Below, piece by piece: positions 21,831 through 30,506 of a DNA stretch of 64,000 nt (positions are counted from its first letter, which is position 1; every line of letters begins with the position of its first letter). The stretch is taken from positions 4,768,001-4,832,000 of the forward strand of contig OZ242318.1 in the NCBI GenBank assembly GCA_965208105.1, read 5' to 3'. A program made the position numbers and the translations under genes. Below the pieces are notes generated by a model. The model was given only the letters and a program-made list of their open reading frames with translations. It was not told the DNA's origin and did not search any database. Source of the DNA: Candidatus Latescibacterota bacterium. GTDB lineage: Bacteria; Latescibacterota; UBA2968; UBA8231.

Positions 21831-22868
21831 TCAGTCGCTCCAGTGGAGAATGACCTTGCCGGAGCGGCCGGACCGCATGACTTCGAATCCTTCCTCGAAT
21901 GAAGCATAGGGGAAGTGATGGGTGATCACCGGCGAAATGTCCAGACCGCTCTGAATCATGCTCGTCATCTTGTACCAGGTCTCGTACATCTCGCGGCCAT
22001 AGACGCCCTTGATGGTCAGGCCGTTGAAGATCACCGCGTTCCAGTCGATGGAAATTCTCGACTCCGGTATGCCGAGCAAGGCAACCTTGCCCCCGTGGCA
22101 CATGTTCGCCAGCATGTCCTCGACGGCCGCCTCGCTTCCCGACATCTCCAGTCCGACGTCGAAACCTTCCTTCATGCCGAGCTCGCCGGCCACGTCCCCG
22201 ACCCGCTTGGAAGTCACGTCGACGGTGCGCGTGGCGCCCATTCTGCGGGCGAGCTCCAGCCTGTAGGGGTTGACGTCGGTCGCCACTACGTAGCGCGCGC
22301 CGGCGTGCCTGGCGACGGCCACCGCCATGATGCCGATGGGACCGGCTCCGGTGACGAGCACGTCCTCGCCGAGCACGTCGAAGGACAGGGCGGTGTGGGT
22401 GGCGTTGCCGAGGGGGTCGAAGCACGAGAGTATGTCGGTTGGGATGCCGGGGTCGCAGTGCCATACATTGCTCACCGGCAGGCACAGGTACTCTGCAAAG
22501 GCGCCGTCGCGCTCGATTCCCACACCGCTCGTACGCGCGCACAGATGTCTGCGTCCGGCGAGGCAGTTGCGGCAGCGACCGCAGACGATATGTCCCTCCC
22601 CGCTGACCAGGTCGCCCGGCTTGAACTCGCCGACGTTTCCCCCGGTCTCTTCCACAGTGCCGACGAATTCGTGACCCGTTACCATGGGGGTCGGAATGGT
22701 CCGTTGCGCCCACGCATCCCAGTTGTAGATGTGGACGTCCGATCCGCAGATGGAACTCTTCATCACCTTGATCAGGACGTCGCTCCCATCCACGTGCGGA
22801 ACCGGAACCTCCTCGAGCCACAGGCCCGGTTCGGGAAATTTCTTCACCAGGGCTTTCATTTTCTTCAT
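21831..22868 (-). CDS. tdh: L-threonine 3-dehydrogenase
   Basis: '[17 protein letters not shown]', 'GHEF', '[12 protein letters not shown]', '[12 protein letters not shown]', '[11 protein letters not shown]'; adjacent to kbl. Confidence 0.97.
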   Translation of the reverse strand: MKKMKALVKKFPEPGLWLEEVPVPHVDGSDVLIKVMKSSICGSDVHIYNWDAWAQRTIPTPMVTGHEFVGTVEETGGNVGEFKPGDLVSGEGHIVCGRCRNCLAGRRHLCARTSGVGIERDGAFAEYLCLPVSNVWHCDPGIPTDILSCFDPLGNATHTALSFDVLGEDVLVTGAGPIGIMAVAVARHAGARYVVATDVNPYRLELARRMGATRTVDVTSKRVGDVAGELGMKEGFDVGLEMSGSEAAVEDMLANMCHGGKVALLGIPESRISIDWNAVIFNGLTIKGVYGREMYETWYKMTSMIQSGLDISPVITHHFPYASFEEGFEVMRSGRSGKVILHWSD

Positions 22869-22885
22869 AACGGATCCGGAGGTTC

Positions 22886-23053
22886 CTAGTGTCCCGTCGC
22901 AGAGATAGGTTGACGAAATTGGGCCGCCGAGGCGCCCGGCTCACAAGGCGCCTGAGCGAGTCGTACCAGTGGTGTACGGCGAGTGAAGGCAACGCCGTGA
23001 GCCGGGATGGATCGGCGGAATAATGGCGACATATTTCTGCGACGGGACACTAG
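22886..23053. mobile_element. CTAG-bounded hairpin/MITE-like element, copy 2 (166 bp TA to TA)
   Basis: 18-bp perfect TIR CTAGTGTCCCGTCGCAGA / TCTGCGACGGGACACTAG; inner stem CCCGGCTCAC/GTGAGCCGGG; 78-nt core 71/78 identical to copy 3. Confidence 0.88.
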
Positions 23054-23811
23054 AGCATCAGGTCGCCGCCGTTTATATCGATGGACGCCCCGGTGGTGTA
23101 GGGAGAATCCGCAGCCAGGAAGAGGGCGAGCCGGGCGACCTCCCCCGGCGTGCCGAGTCTGGGAATGGGGAAACTTTGCTCGTAGGCGCGCAGCTTCTCC
23201 GTGTCGCAGTTCCGGCGCACCATCTCGGTGTCGATCAGGCCGGGACAGATGGCGTTGGCCGTGATGCCGTGGGGCGCCATTTCCTTCGCCAGCGCCCTGG
23301 TAAAACCGAGGACTCCCGCTTTGGCGCTGGTGTAGTGGGCGCCTCCCAGGGTACTGACGCTCCTCCCGGCGGAAGAGGACATGTTGATGATGCGGCCGAA
23401 TCCGTTCCGTTTCATGGTGGCGAGAACGGCCTGGGAGCACAGAAAAGTGGCTCTCAAATTAACCTCCATTACCAGGTCCCACTCCTCCGGAGATATGGCC
23501 TCGATGCGGGTCGAGTGCAGGATGCCCGCATTGTTCACCAGGATGTGAATGGATCCGAACTCGTCGAGCACGGCTTCCACCATGGCCGCGACCTGGTCTT
23601 CCTTGCCTACGTCCGTCGGCAGGGCCAGGACCTCTGCCCCGTCTCCTTCGATGCGGGCAGCAGCCTCTCTGAGGCCGTCGCCGGAGATATCGCACAAGGC
23701 GACGCGGGCGCCTTCCCGTGCCATCAGCGAGGCGATGGCGAATCCCATACCCTGAGCAGCGCCGGTCACGATGGCGACCTTGTCGTCCAGTTTTCCACGC
23801 GGTGCTGCCAT
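23050..23811 (-). CDS. SDR family oxidoreductase (FabG-like)
   Basis: 'TGAAQGMG', 'LVNNAG', 'YTSAK', 'ICPG.IDT'. GGAGG SD. Confidence 0.93.
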   Translation of the reverse strand: MAAPRGKLDDKVAIVTGAAQGMGFAIASLMAREGARVALCDISGDGLREAAARIEGDGAEVLALPTDVGKEDQVAAMVEAVLDEFGSIHILVNNAGILHSTRIEAISPEEWDLVMEVNLRATFLCSQAVLATMKRNGFGRIINMSSSAGRSVSTLGGAHYTSAKAGVLGFTRALAKEMAPHGITANAICPGLIDTEMVRRNCDTEKLRAYEQSFPIPRLGTPGEVARLALFLAADSPYTTGASIDINGGDLML

Positions 23812-24013
23812 GGACGGGCAATCCTCCTTGCCGCGCAAGGTGGGCTGTGCTCCACAGGCCCTCAAGGGTGGCTTGCGGGGTCGCGCGGCCTATTGAATAT
23901 GACAACAAATGCCCGCCCGTCCAGACGTTTGCAGGAGGGGGCTGCACGTGGAGGTGGGGGCCCGGTCCCGGGATGTCGCCGGGAAGGGATTCTCATCTTC
24001 CGGGAAGGCTGCC

Positions 24014-24394
24014 TCAGACTGCGGCTATGGCGTCGAAGGCCACCTGGCATCCACCGGGAAATTCCTTGCAGGCGATGGTGGTCCGCGCCGGCCGGTGGTC
24101 GCCGAAAACTTCGAGGTAGGCCTCGTTCATCTCCGCAAAGTACTGAAAATCGCTGAGATAGACGGTGACCTTGAGCACCCGCGAGAGGTCGCTCCCCGCG
24201 GCGCGCAGAATCTCGACGATGCTGGCGAAGGCGCGCTGGGTCTGGTCCGCGATCGATCCCGTCTCTTCACCCGGGGCGGGAGAACCCAGCTGGGAAGAGA
24301 TGTAGGCGGTTCCGTCGTGCACTGCGACGTGAGAGTAGGGTCCGGGCGGGTTCGCTTTGGGGACCACGATGAATTTGATTTGAGGGTTCGCCAT
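24014..24394 (-). CDS. RidA/YjgF/UK114 family imine deaminase
   Basis: 'GPYSH', 'LKVTVYL', 'FAEMNEAY..F...PART' (catalytic Arg). Confidence 0.9.
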   Translation of the reverse strand: MANPQIKFIVVPKANPPGPYSHVAVHDGTAYISSQLGSPAPGEETGSIADQTQRAFASIVEILRAAGSDLSRVLKVTVYLSDFQYFAEMNEAYLEVFGDHRPARTTIACKEFPGGCQVAFDAIAAV

Positions 24395-24426
24395 TTCGCC
24401 TCCTGTGTTTCGGGTGATTTTTGAAA

Positions 24427-26070
24427 TCAATCCTCTTCCATAGCGCCGGCCCGCTCCGGGCCGCGTCCGGGTCTCGAACCCGGGGCAGGCGCCGCGACGC
24501 TGTCGATGATGACGTTGATGCAGGCGGGTAGTCCGGAGGTCACCGCCCGTTCCACCGCCGCGGCGAGGTCGTTGGGGTGGCGTACCGCCTCGCCGTGGCC
24601 TCCTGCGGCCTCGGCCACCTTTTCGTAGCTGGAGTGCAGCAGCCCGCAGCCGACCAGACGGTCCTCGCCGTATTGCCGGAGCTGGAGCTGCCACTCGGCA
24701 TTCCAGCGGGCATCGTTGCCGACGATGACGATCACGGGCAGGTTGTAGCGCCGCGCCGTGTCGAATTCCAGCGGGTGGAAACCGAATGTCCCGTCTCCCA
24801 TGAAGATGACGACCTGGCGCTCGGGATGCGCCATCTTGGCCGCCAGTCCCAGGGAGAAGGCGCTTCCGATCGAGCCCGATGGTCCGTTGATGAGGCGGCC
24901 TTCGGGCGCGTCTATACCGGCCTGGACCCACTGGCCGAACTCCCCGCCGTCGCAGACCAGGAAGGCCCCGGCGGCGATGAGGGGTTGCAAGGCGGCGCAC
25001 AGGCGCAGAGGATGGATGGGAACATCGCTGCGGCCGGAGACCCGGTCCCAGGCGGCAGGGACCGTCCGCCGCGCCGCCTCGACTTCCCGGCGCCAGGCGT
25101 CGTGCTGCCAGCGGCGTTCCGAGGCAGATGCTGCCAGGTTCTCCATCACGGAGGACGGGTCGGCGCGAAGCTGGAGCAGGGCGCGCTCGTTGGGGCGCAG
25201 CTCCTGCTGGTCGGCGTCGATCTGGATGAAGCGGCACGCGGCGGAAAAGGGGGCCTGTCCGAAGCGGAGGCTGAAATCCAATCTTTTTCCGGCGAGCAGC
25301 ACCAGATCGGCGCTCCCCAGGCAATCACCCGCTGCGCGCAGCCACGGGTCATCAGTGCCGCGCGGGCTTTCCATGGGCAGGAGGGGGATCCCGGCGGCCA
25401 GGGACAGCCGCCTGGCGCCGGACCATCGCCGCGCACGAGCCATGGCCGGTCCGCAGAGGATCAGGGGCCGTCGAGCCCTTCCCAAACGGTCGAGGATCTC
25501 CTCCAGGACAGCCGCGTCCGGGACTTGGCAGGAGGCAGGGGCAGGGGAGGCCGGCGCCTCGGTTTTCACCGGGGCCTCCAGCACGTCGCTGGGCAGGCTG
25601 ATGTGGACGGGCCCGGGACGTCCTTCCCGGCTCAGGGTGAGGGCGGCTGCGATTTCCGCCCCAAGTGACGCGCTGTCCCGCGCCAGCCAGGAGGCCTTGG
25701 CAAGAGGTGCGGCCATGGCTACCTGGTCCATTTCCTGGAAGGCCCCCTGGCCGAGCTGGGAGAGTGGGGAGTGCCCGCTCAAGAGCAGGAGGGGCGATTC
25801 GGCCATGCGCGCGGTATAGAGCGCGGACAGGGCGTTGCAGTGACCCGGTCCTGCGGTCACCAGGGCGACGCCGGGCGCCTCGGTTATCCTGCCCCAGCCG
25901 TCGGCCATGTGCACGGCGGCGGCCTCGTGCCGGGTGTGAACGATCTCGATGTCACTTCCTATGGTAGCGTCGAAAATGGACAGTATCTGGTTGCCGGAGA
26001 CCGAGAACATGTATCTGGTGCCGGCGGCGGCGAGGGTTTCGACCAGGAGTTCGGCCCCGGTTCTGGACAT
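24427..26070 (-). CDS. Thiamine pyrophosphate-dependent enzyme (2-hydroxyacyl-CoA lyase/ALS-like)
   Basis: 'TRHEAAAVHMADGWGR', 'TAGPGHCN', 'MGDGTFGF...VGND'. Confidence 0.9.
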   Translation of the reverse strand: MSRTGAELLVETLAAAGTRYMFSVSGNQILSIFDATIGSDIEIVHTRHEAAAVHMADGWGRITEAPGVALVTAGPGHCNALSALYTARMAESPLLLLSGHSPLSQLGQGAFQEMDQVAMAAPLAKASWLARDSASLGAEIAAALTLSREGRPGPVHISLPSDVLEAPVKTEAPASPAPASCQVPDAAVLEEILDRLGRARRPLILCGPAMARARRWSGARRLSLAAGIPLLPMESPRGTDDPWLRAAGDCLGSADLVLLAGKRLDFSLRFGQAPFSAACRFIQIDADQQELRPNERALLQLRADPSSVMENLAASASERRWQHDAWRREVEAARRTVPAAWDRVSGRSDVPIHPLRLCAALQPLIAAGAFLVCDGGEFGQWVQAGIDAPEGRLINGPSGSIGSAFSLGLAAKMAHPERQVVIFMGDGTFGFHPLEFDTARRYNLPVIVIVGNDARWNAEWQLQLRQYGEDRLVGCGLLHSSYEKVAEAAGGHGEAVRHPNDLAAAVERAVTSGLPACINVIIDSVAAPAPGSRPGRGPERAGAMEED

Positions 26071-26168
26071 TGGGCGATTCCTTGCAGTGGATGGGAGGAG
26101 GAATATTGAGGAAACAGGAGGAGAAGGTCAAGGCGGCTCAGGCCGCGCCGGAGATCGGATCGAGAACC

Positions 26169-26537
26169 TCAGTCGTAGCCGTATCGGGCAAGGATGTCCT
26201 CGTCGAAACCCATGAAGTGGGCGATTTCGTGGACCAGGGTGATCTCCACCTCGCGCTCCAGTTCGTCGGGATCGGGAAAATCTTCCTCCAGCGGACCCCG
26301 GTAGAGGTGTATCACCGCCGGCAGGTCGGCCCGGTCCTCGATGCTGCGCTCGGGGAGGGGTACTCCTGAGAACAGTCCATAGAGCAGCTCGTCGGGATCG
26401 CCGGTGGTCTCTTCCACGAGATTCGGATCGGGCCAGTCTTCGACGACGATGGCCAGGTTTTCCATGGCGTCGAGGAAGGGCGAGGGAATCTTGGCCAGGG
26501 CCTTGTCGACCAGGGCATCGAACTTGCTGGGGCTCAT
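26169..26537 (-). CDS. Zincin-like metallopeptidase (Zincin_1)
   Basis: 'FDALVDKALAKIP', 'LYGLFSGVP', 'ITLVHEIAHFMG'. ATGA overlap with the upstream gene. Confidence 0.88.
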   Translation of the reverse strand: MSPSKFDALVDKALAKIPSPFLDAMENLAIVVEDWPDPNLVEETTGDPDELLYGLFSGVPLPERSIEDRADLPAVIHLYRGPLEEDFPDPDELEREVEITLVHEIAHFMGFDEDILARYGYD

Positions 26538-27607
26538 TTGATGCGGGCCGCCCGGGCCTGGGCTTGCAGACTGAGCTGGGCGGCGAGGAAGGTGTGCTCC
26601 TGGGTCATGGCCTTCTCGCTGCCCTCGAGGCAGTCGAGGATGAGCTCCCCGAAGTAGGGGAATCCGGTCTGGCCTTCGGCTGAATAGTGCCGCGTCCCTT
26701 CTCCGTTGACCAGGTATACCTGGTTCCCCACCAGGCTGTGCCCCAGGTCGATGTACTTGCGCAGCTCGATGTAACCTTCCGTGCCCAGAATGAAGGTCCT
26801 GCCGTCCCCCCATACATCGAGGCCGTCGGGGGTGAACCAGTCGACGCGGAAATAGTTGGTGGCGCCGTTGTCGCCGACGAGGACGGCATCGCCGAAGTCT
26901 TCGAGCTCCGGATGCTGCGGGTGGTTGAAGTTTGCCACCTGGCTGTGCACCACGCGGGCGCTTTCGACATTGGCGAAATGGAGGAATTGTTCGACCTGGT
27001 GGCTGCCGATGTCGCACAGGATGCCGCCGTAGCTCGCCTTCCTGAAGAACCAGCCGGGGCGGCTGGGCGCGTCGAGGCGGTGAGGTCCCGTGCCCATAAC
27101 CTGCAGGACGCGGCCTACCGCGCCCGCATCGATGAGCTGCCCGGCGAATACGGCCGCCTCGTTCTGCACCCTCTCGCTGTAGCAGACGGCCCATTTGAGC
27201 TTGGCTTCAGCCACCTTGGCGCGGGCCTCCTCCAGCTGTTCCAGGGTGGTGAACGGGGCCTTGTCGCTGAAGTAGTGCTTGCCGTGGTCCAGGACGCGCA
27301 GACCCAGAGGTCCGCGCTCGGCGGTGATGGCCGCACTGGCCACCATCTGGATGGATCGGTCCTCGAGGATCTCGGCTTCGCAGCGGGCCACGCGGGCACC
27401 GGGAAACAGCCTGGAGAAGGCCTGGACCTTGGCGGGGTCGCGGTCGTAAACCGCCGCTGCCTCGGCACCGGCGTCTGCGAGGCAGGTGCTCATGCCGAAT
27501 ACGTGGCCGTGGTCGAGCCCGATGGCGGCAAAGCGGAACTCGCCTTCTTCGCATACCGGCTCGGCCTTGCCGCGAGGAGCGTAGTTCATCCCGTCGGCGG
27601 AACTCAT
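26534..27607 (-). CDS. Gfo/Idh/MocA family oxidoreductase
   Basis: 'FAAIGLDHGHVFGM', 'YFSDKAP', 'YGGILCDIGSHQ', 'RVDWFTPDGL..WGDGR'. Confidence 0.9.
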   Translation of the reverse strand: MSSADGMNYAPRGKAEPVCEEGEFRFAAIGLDHGHVFGMSTCLADAGAEAAAVYDRDPAKVQAFSRLFPGARVARCEAEILEDRSIQMVASAAITAERGPLGLRVLDHGKHYFSDKAPFTTLEQLEEARAKVAEAKLKWAVCYSERVQNEAAVFAGQLIDAGAVGRVLQVMGTGPHRLDAPSRPGWFFRKASYGGILCDIGSHQVEQFLHFANVESARVVHSQVANFNHPQHPELEDFGDAVLVGDNGATNYFRVDWFTPDGLDVWGDGRTFILGTEGYIELRKYIDLGHSLVGNQVYLVNGEGTRHYSAEGQTGFPYFGELILDCLEGSEKAMTQEHTFLAAQLSLQAQARAARIK

Positions 27608-27706
27608 GATCCTCCCCACCGCAGGGGAATCAAGGCCCTTGCGGGGACCGGCGAAAGCGGAAAGGGGAGGAGCTCCATCGCATGGGGGTTCTCCCGGGGA
27701 GCCTGG

Positions 27707-28411
27707 TTAAAATTCATAGCCGAACATCTCTATGGTCCTGTGAAAGCGCTCGGCCACGATCCGCCTGGTTTCCTCGCTGTAGTATTCCCTGTAGGATGCC
27801 CTGCGCTCGGTGCGGTTCATGTGGGGAAGTTGACGCCGCGGCGCGCCGATTCGATCGCAGATCCTGTCCCAGTCTTCCTGGAGGGATTCAAAGCGGCCCA
27901 CGAAGTCGACGATTATCCTTCCGTCCTCGGATATCCAGTCGAATATGTCGCCCTCCGACCTGTTGATCATCCTCCTGCCGTAGCGTGAGTGCATGAAGGC
28001 GGAAAAGCTGCCCATGCTTTCGATTTCCCTGACGTTGAGGTGGAACTTCTTCCACTTGTGCGCTTTCTGCAGCCACCAGCCATAGGAGGAAACCATGAGG
28101 TCCCAGGGGTTGCGCACGAAGGCGAAGCTGAAGTACTCCTCCCACAGGGGATCTCCGACGACCCCTTTGACCTCCGCCGCTTTCGCGTGCTTGGGATATT
28201 TTACCGGCGGGAATTCAGCCGCTGCTCTGCGTTGGGGAAGGGAGTTGAGAGAGGCCATGATGCTGTTGCCCCCGGTTTTGGGGATGTGGACGAAGATGCA
28301 TCTGTAGCCGTGCAGAATTCTCTCCTTGCCCGGTTTCCCGGTCAGCCTCCTCCATGCGTCTCTGGCTTTCCCGGCAAGGTTTATTTTCGCGTCGAGGGAC
28401 GATGTGGCCAC
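27707..28411 (-). CDS. Sulfotransferase family 2 protein
   Basis: 5'-PAPS motif 'FVHIPKTGGNSI'; 3'-motif 'FVRNPWDLMVSSY'; 'DFVGRFESL'. Confidence 0.88.
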   Translation of the reverse strand: MATSSLDAKINLAGKARDAWRRLTGKPGKERILHGYRCIFVHIPKTGGNSIMASLNSLPQRRAAAEFPPVKYPKHAKAAEVKGVVGDPLWEEYFSFAFVRNPWDLMVSSYGWWLQKAHKWKKFHLNVREIESMGSFSAFMHSRYGRRMINRSEGDIFDWISEDGRIIVDFVGRFESLQEDWDRICDRIGAPRRQLPHMNRTERRASYREYYSEETRRIVAERFHRTIEMFGYEF

Positions 28412-28585
28412 TGCGGCTGCCTTTCACCCGGCCTGACGGCTTGGCGGTTGTCATTCGAGCAATGAAACTATGCTAAAGAAGCATGAGAGTAAAGCAATGG
28501 GGAAGGGCAAGTGACAGGTGGTTGCCGCCGCCGTATATTCCACATCATCGCAGTGCAAAATTCTGTACTCCAGCGGGAGGTCGCC

Positions 28586-29599
28586 ATGCTGAAAGTAGCA
28601 GTCGTTGGAATGCGCGCCATCGGCAACAACCACGCCCAGGTCTACCACCGGAGCGACAAAGCCTCCCTGGTGGCCGTCTGCGACCTGGTCGCCGAAAGGG
28701 CGCAGGCGGCGGCAGAGACCTACGGCGCAACGGCCTATACCGACCTGGAGGAGATGCTGGCCAACGAGGATCTCGACGCGGTGAGCGTGGCGACGGGGGG
28801 CGCCGAAAACGGCGGAGATCACTACCTCCCCACCATGGCCAGCCTCGAGGCGGGAAAGCACGTGCTGTGCGAGAAGCCCATCTCCAACGATATCGACCAT
28901 GCCCGGCAGATGGTGCGCAAGGCGGAGGAGATGGGGCTGTGCTTCGGCATCGATCTGAACCACCGCTTCGTGCCCCCTGCGGCCAGGGCGCGGGCCTGGA
29001 TCGACGACGGCCAATTGGGCGACCTGCTCCTGATCAACATGACCATGTGGATCGACAATCCCAACGAGAGCTCGGAGTGGTTCCACCTGCGCGCCCTGCA
29101 CCCCCATTCCATCGACATCATGCGCTACTTCTGCGGCGACGTGAAGCGGGTGCAGGCCTTTCTCAACCGCGCTCCGGGGCGCGTCTGCTGGTCCAACGCC
29201 CAGATCAACATGGAGTTCGACAACGGCGTGGTGGGGCATCTGACCGGAAGCTACGACGCCGCGCCGCGCCACAACCTCGAGCGCTGCGAGGTCATGGGCA
29301 GCGCCGGCCGCTTCGTGCTGGACAACTGCTTCGAGGAGCTGACCTTCTATCCCCGCCGCGGCGAGGAGCTGACCGTGGTGCGCAACAGCATCATGGGGGG
29401 AATCAGCGGATTCGGCGCCACCTTCCACAGCCGCATCGACCGCTGGATCGAGCAGGTGAGCGACGGCGCGGCGCCGGAGGAGATCGAGGCATCGGGGGCG
29501 GACGGACTGGCGGTTCAGGAGGTCATCGAGGCGGCCATCCGGTCCTGGCGCGAAGGGATTATCGCGGAAGTGGAGAAGCCCGCACCCAGGGCAGTATAG
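28586..29599 (+). CDS. Gfo/Idh/MocA family oxidoreductase
   Basis: 'KVAVVGMRAIG', 'GKHVLCEKPI'. GGAGG SD before ATG 28586. Confidence 0.9.
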   Translation: MLKVAVVGMRAIGNNHAQVYHRSDKASLVAVCDLVAERAQAAAETYGATAYTDLEEMLANEDLDAVSVATGGAENGGDHYLPTMASLEAGKHVLCEKPISNDIDHARQMVRKAEEMGLCFGIDLNHRFVPPAARARAWIDDGQLGDLLLINMTMWIDNPNESSEWFHLRALHPHSIDIMRYFCGDVKRVQAFLNRAPGRVCWSNAQINMEFDNGVVGHLTGSYDAAPRHNLERCEVMGSAGRFVLDNCFEELTFYPRRGEELTVVRNSIMGGISGFGATFHSRIDRWIEQVSDGAAPEEIEASGADGLAVQEVIEAAIRSWREGIIAEVEKPAPRAV

Positions 29600-29765
29600 G
29601 GGTTGCAGGTCCGCAGCTTCACGGGGCGCCGGGAGCCTTAGAAGGGCCAGCGGCTGCAACTCAGGCGGGGGAGGTCCCCTGGTGGAACAGCCGCGCCTCC
29701 TTTTGTTTACAGAAAAGCAGGGGTTTGCTATTTTTCCGGAGAGGATGGATCGCAGAAAGGACCCT

Positions 29766-30479
29766 ATGGCCGCCAGGAAAAGAGAAAGAGGACCGGGAGG
29801 CGTCAGAGACTATGTTTCTTCCATTCTCGTCGCCGTGTGCCTGGCGCTGTTGATCCGCACCGCGGTGGTCCAGGCCTTCTTCATTCCCTCGGGTTCCATG
29901 GAGGATACCCTGCACGTGGGCGACTACCTCCTGGCCAATAAGTTCATCTACGGCGCTCCCATCGACATCATCGGCACCAACATCACCTTGCTGCGCCTGC
30001 CGCCGCTGCGCGAACCCCAACCCGGCGACATCGTCATTTTCCGCTCTCCCGCCGACCGGGACCGGGACCTGATCAAGCGCTGCGTGGCCGTGGGAGGGCA
30101 GCAGGTGGAGATCGTCGACAAGGTGCTCCACGTGGACGGGGAGCCATTCCTCGACCCCCCCAGGGCGAAGTACGCCGATCCCAGGACCTATTCCGCGGCG
30201 CTGCACGGGCGCGACAATTTCGGGCCATACTCCGTCCCCGAGGACCACTTCTTCATGATGGGGGACAACCGCGACAACAGCCAGGACAGCCGCTACTGGG
30301 GGCCGGTGCCGAGGGAGTTGATAAAGGGCAAGGCCATGATCATCTACTGGTCGTGGCGCGCCGACCGCCGGGGGCCGTATTACACCGGACCCGCTTCCAT
30401 TCCCGAGGTCATAGGAACCTATCTGTGGCGGCTTCCCGGCCGCATTCGCTATGGCCATCTCGGCGATGTCATCTACTGA
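29766..30479 (+). CDS. lepB: Signal peptidase I
   Basis: TM anchor, 'FFIPSGSMEDTL' (Ser), 'LIKR' (Lys), 'MMGDNRDNSQDSRYWG'. Confidence 0.95.
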   Translation: MAARKRERGPGGVRDYVSSILVAVCLALLIRTAVVQAFFIPSGSMEDTLHVGDYLLANKFIYGAPIDIIGTNITLLRLPPLREPQPGDIVIFRSPADRDRDLIKRCVAVGGQQVEIVDKVLHVDGEPFLDPPRAKYADPRTYSAALHGRDNFGPYSVPEDHFFMMGDNRDNSQDSRYWGPVPRELIKGKAMIIYWSWRADRRGPYYTGPASIPEVIGTYLWRLPGRIRYGHLGDVIY

Positions 30480-30506
30480 TCCTTCTTTCCCCCAGGATAC
30501 GGCCCC

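Noticed and set aside
22886-23440. ORFs here and at 40651 share the peptide '[14 protein letters not shown]'
   Set aside because: This is translation of the shared DNA repeat. Both ORFs overlap real genes in other frames or antisense.
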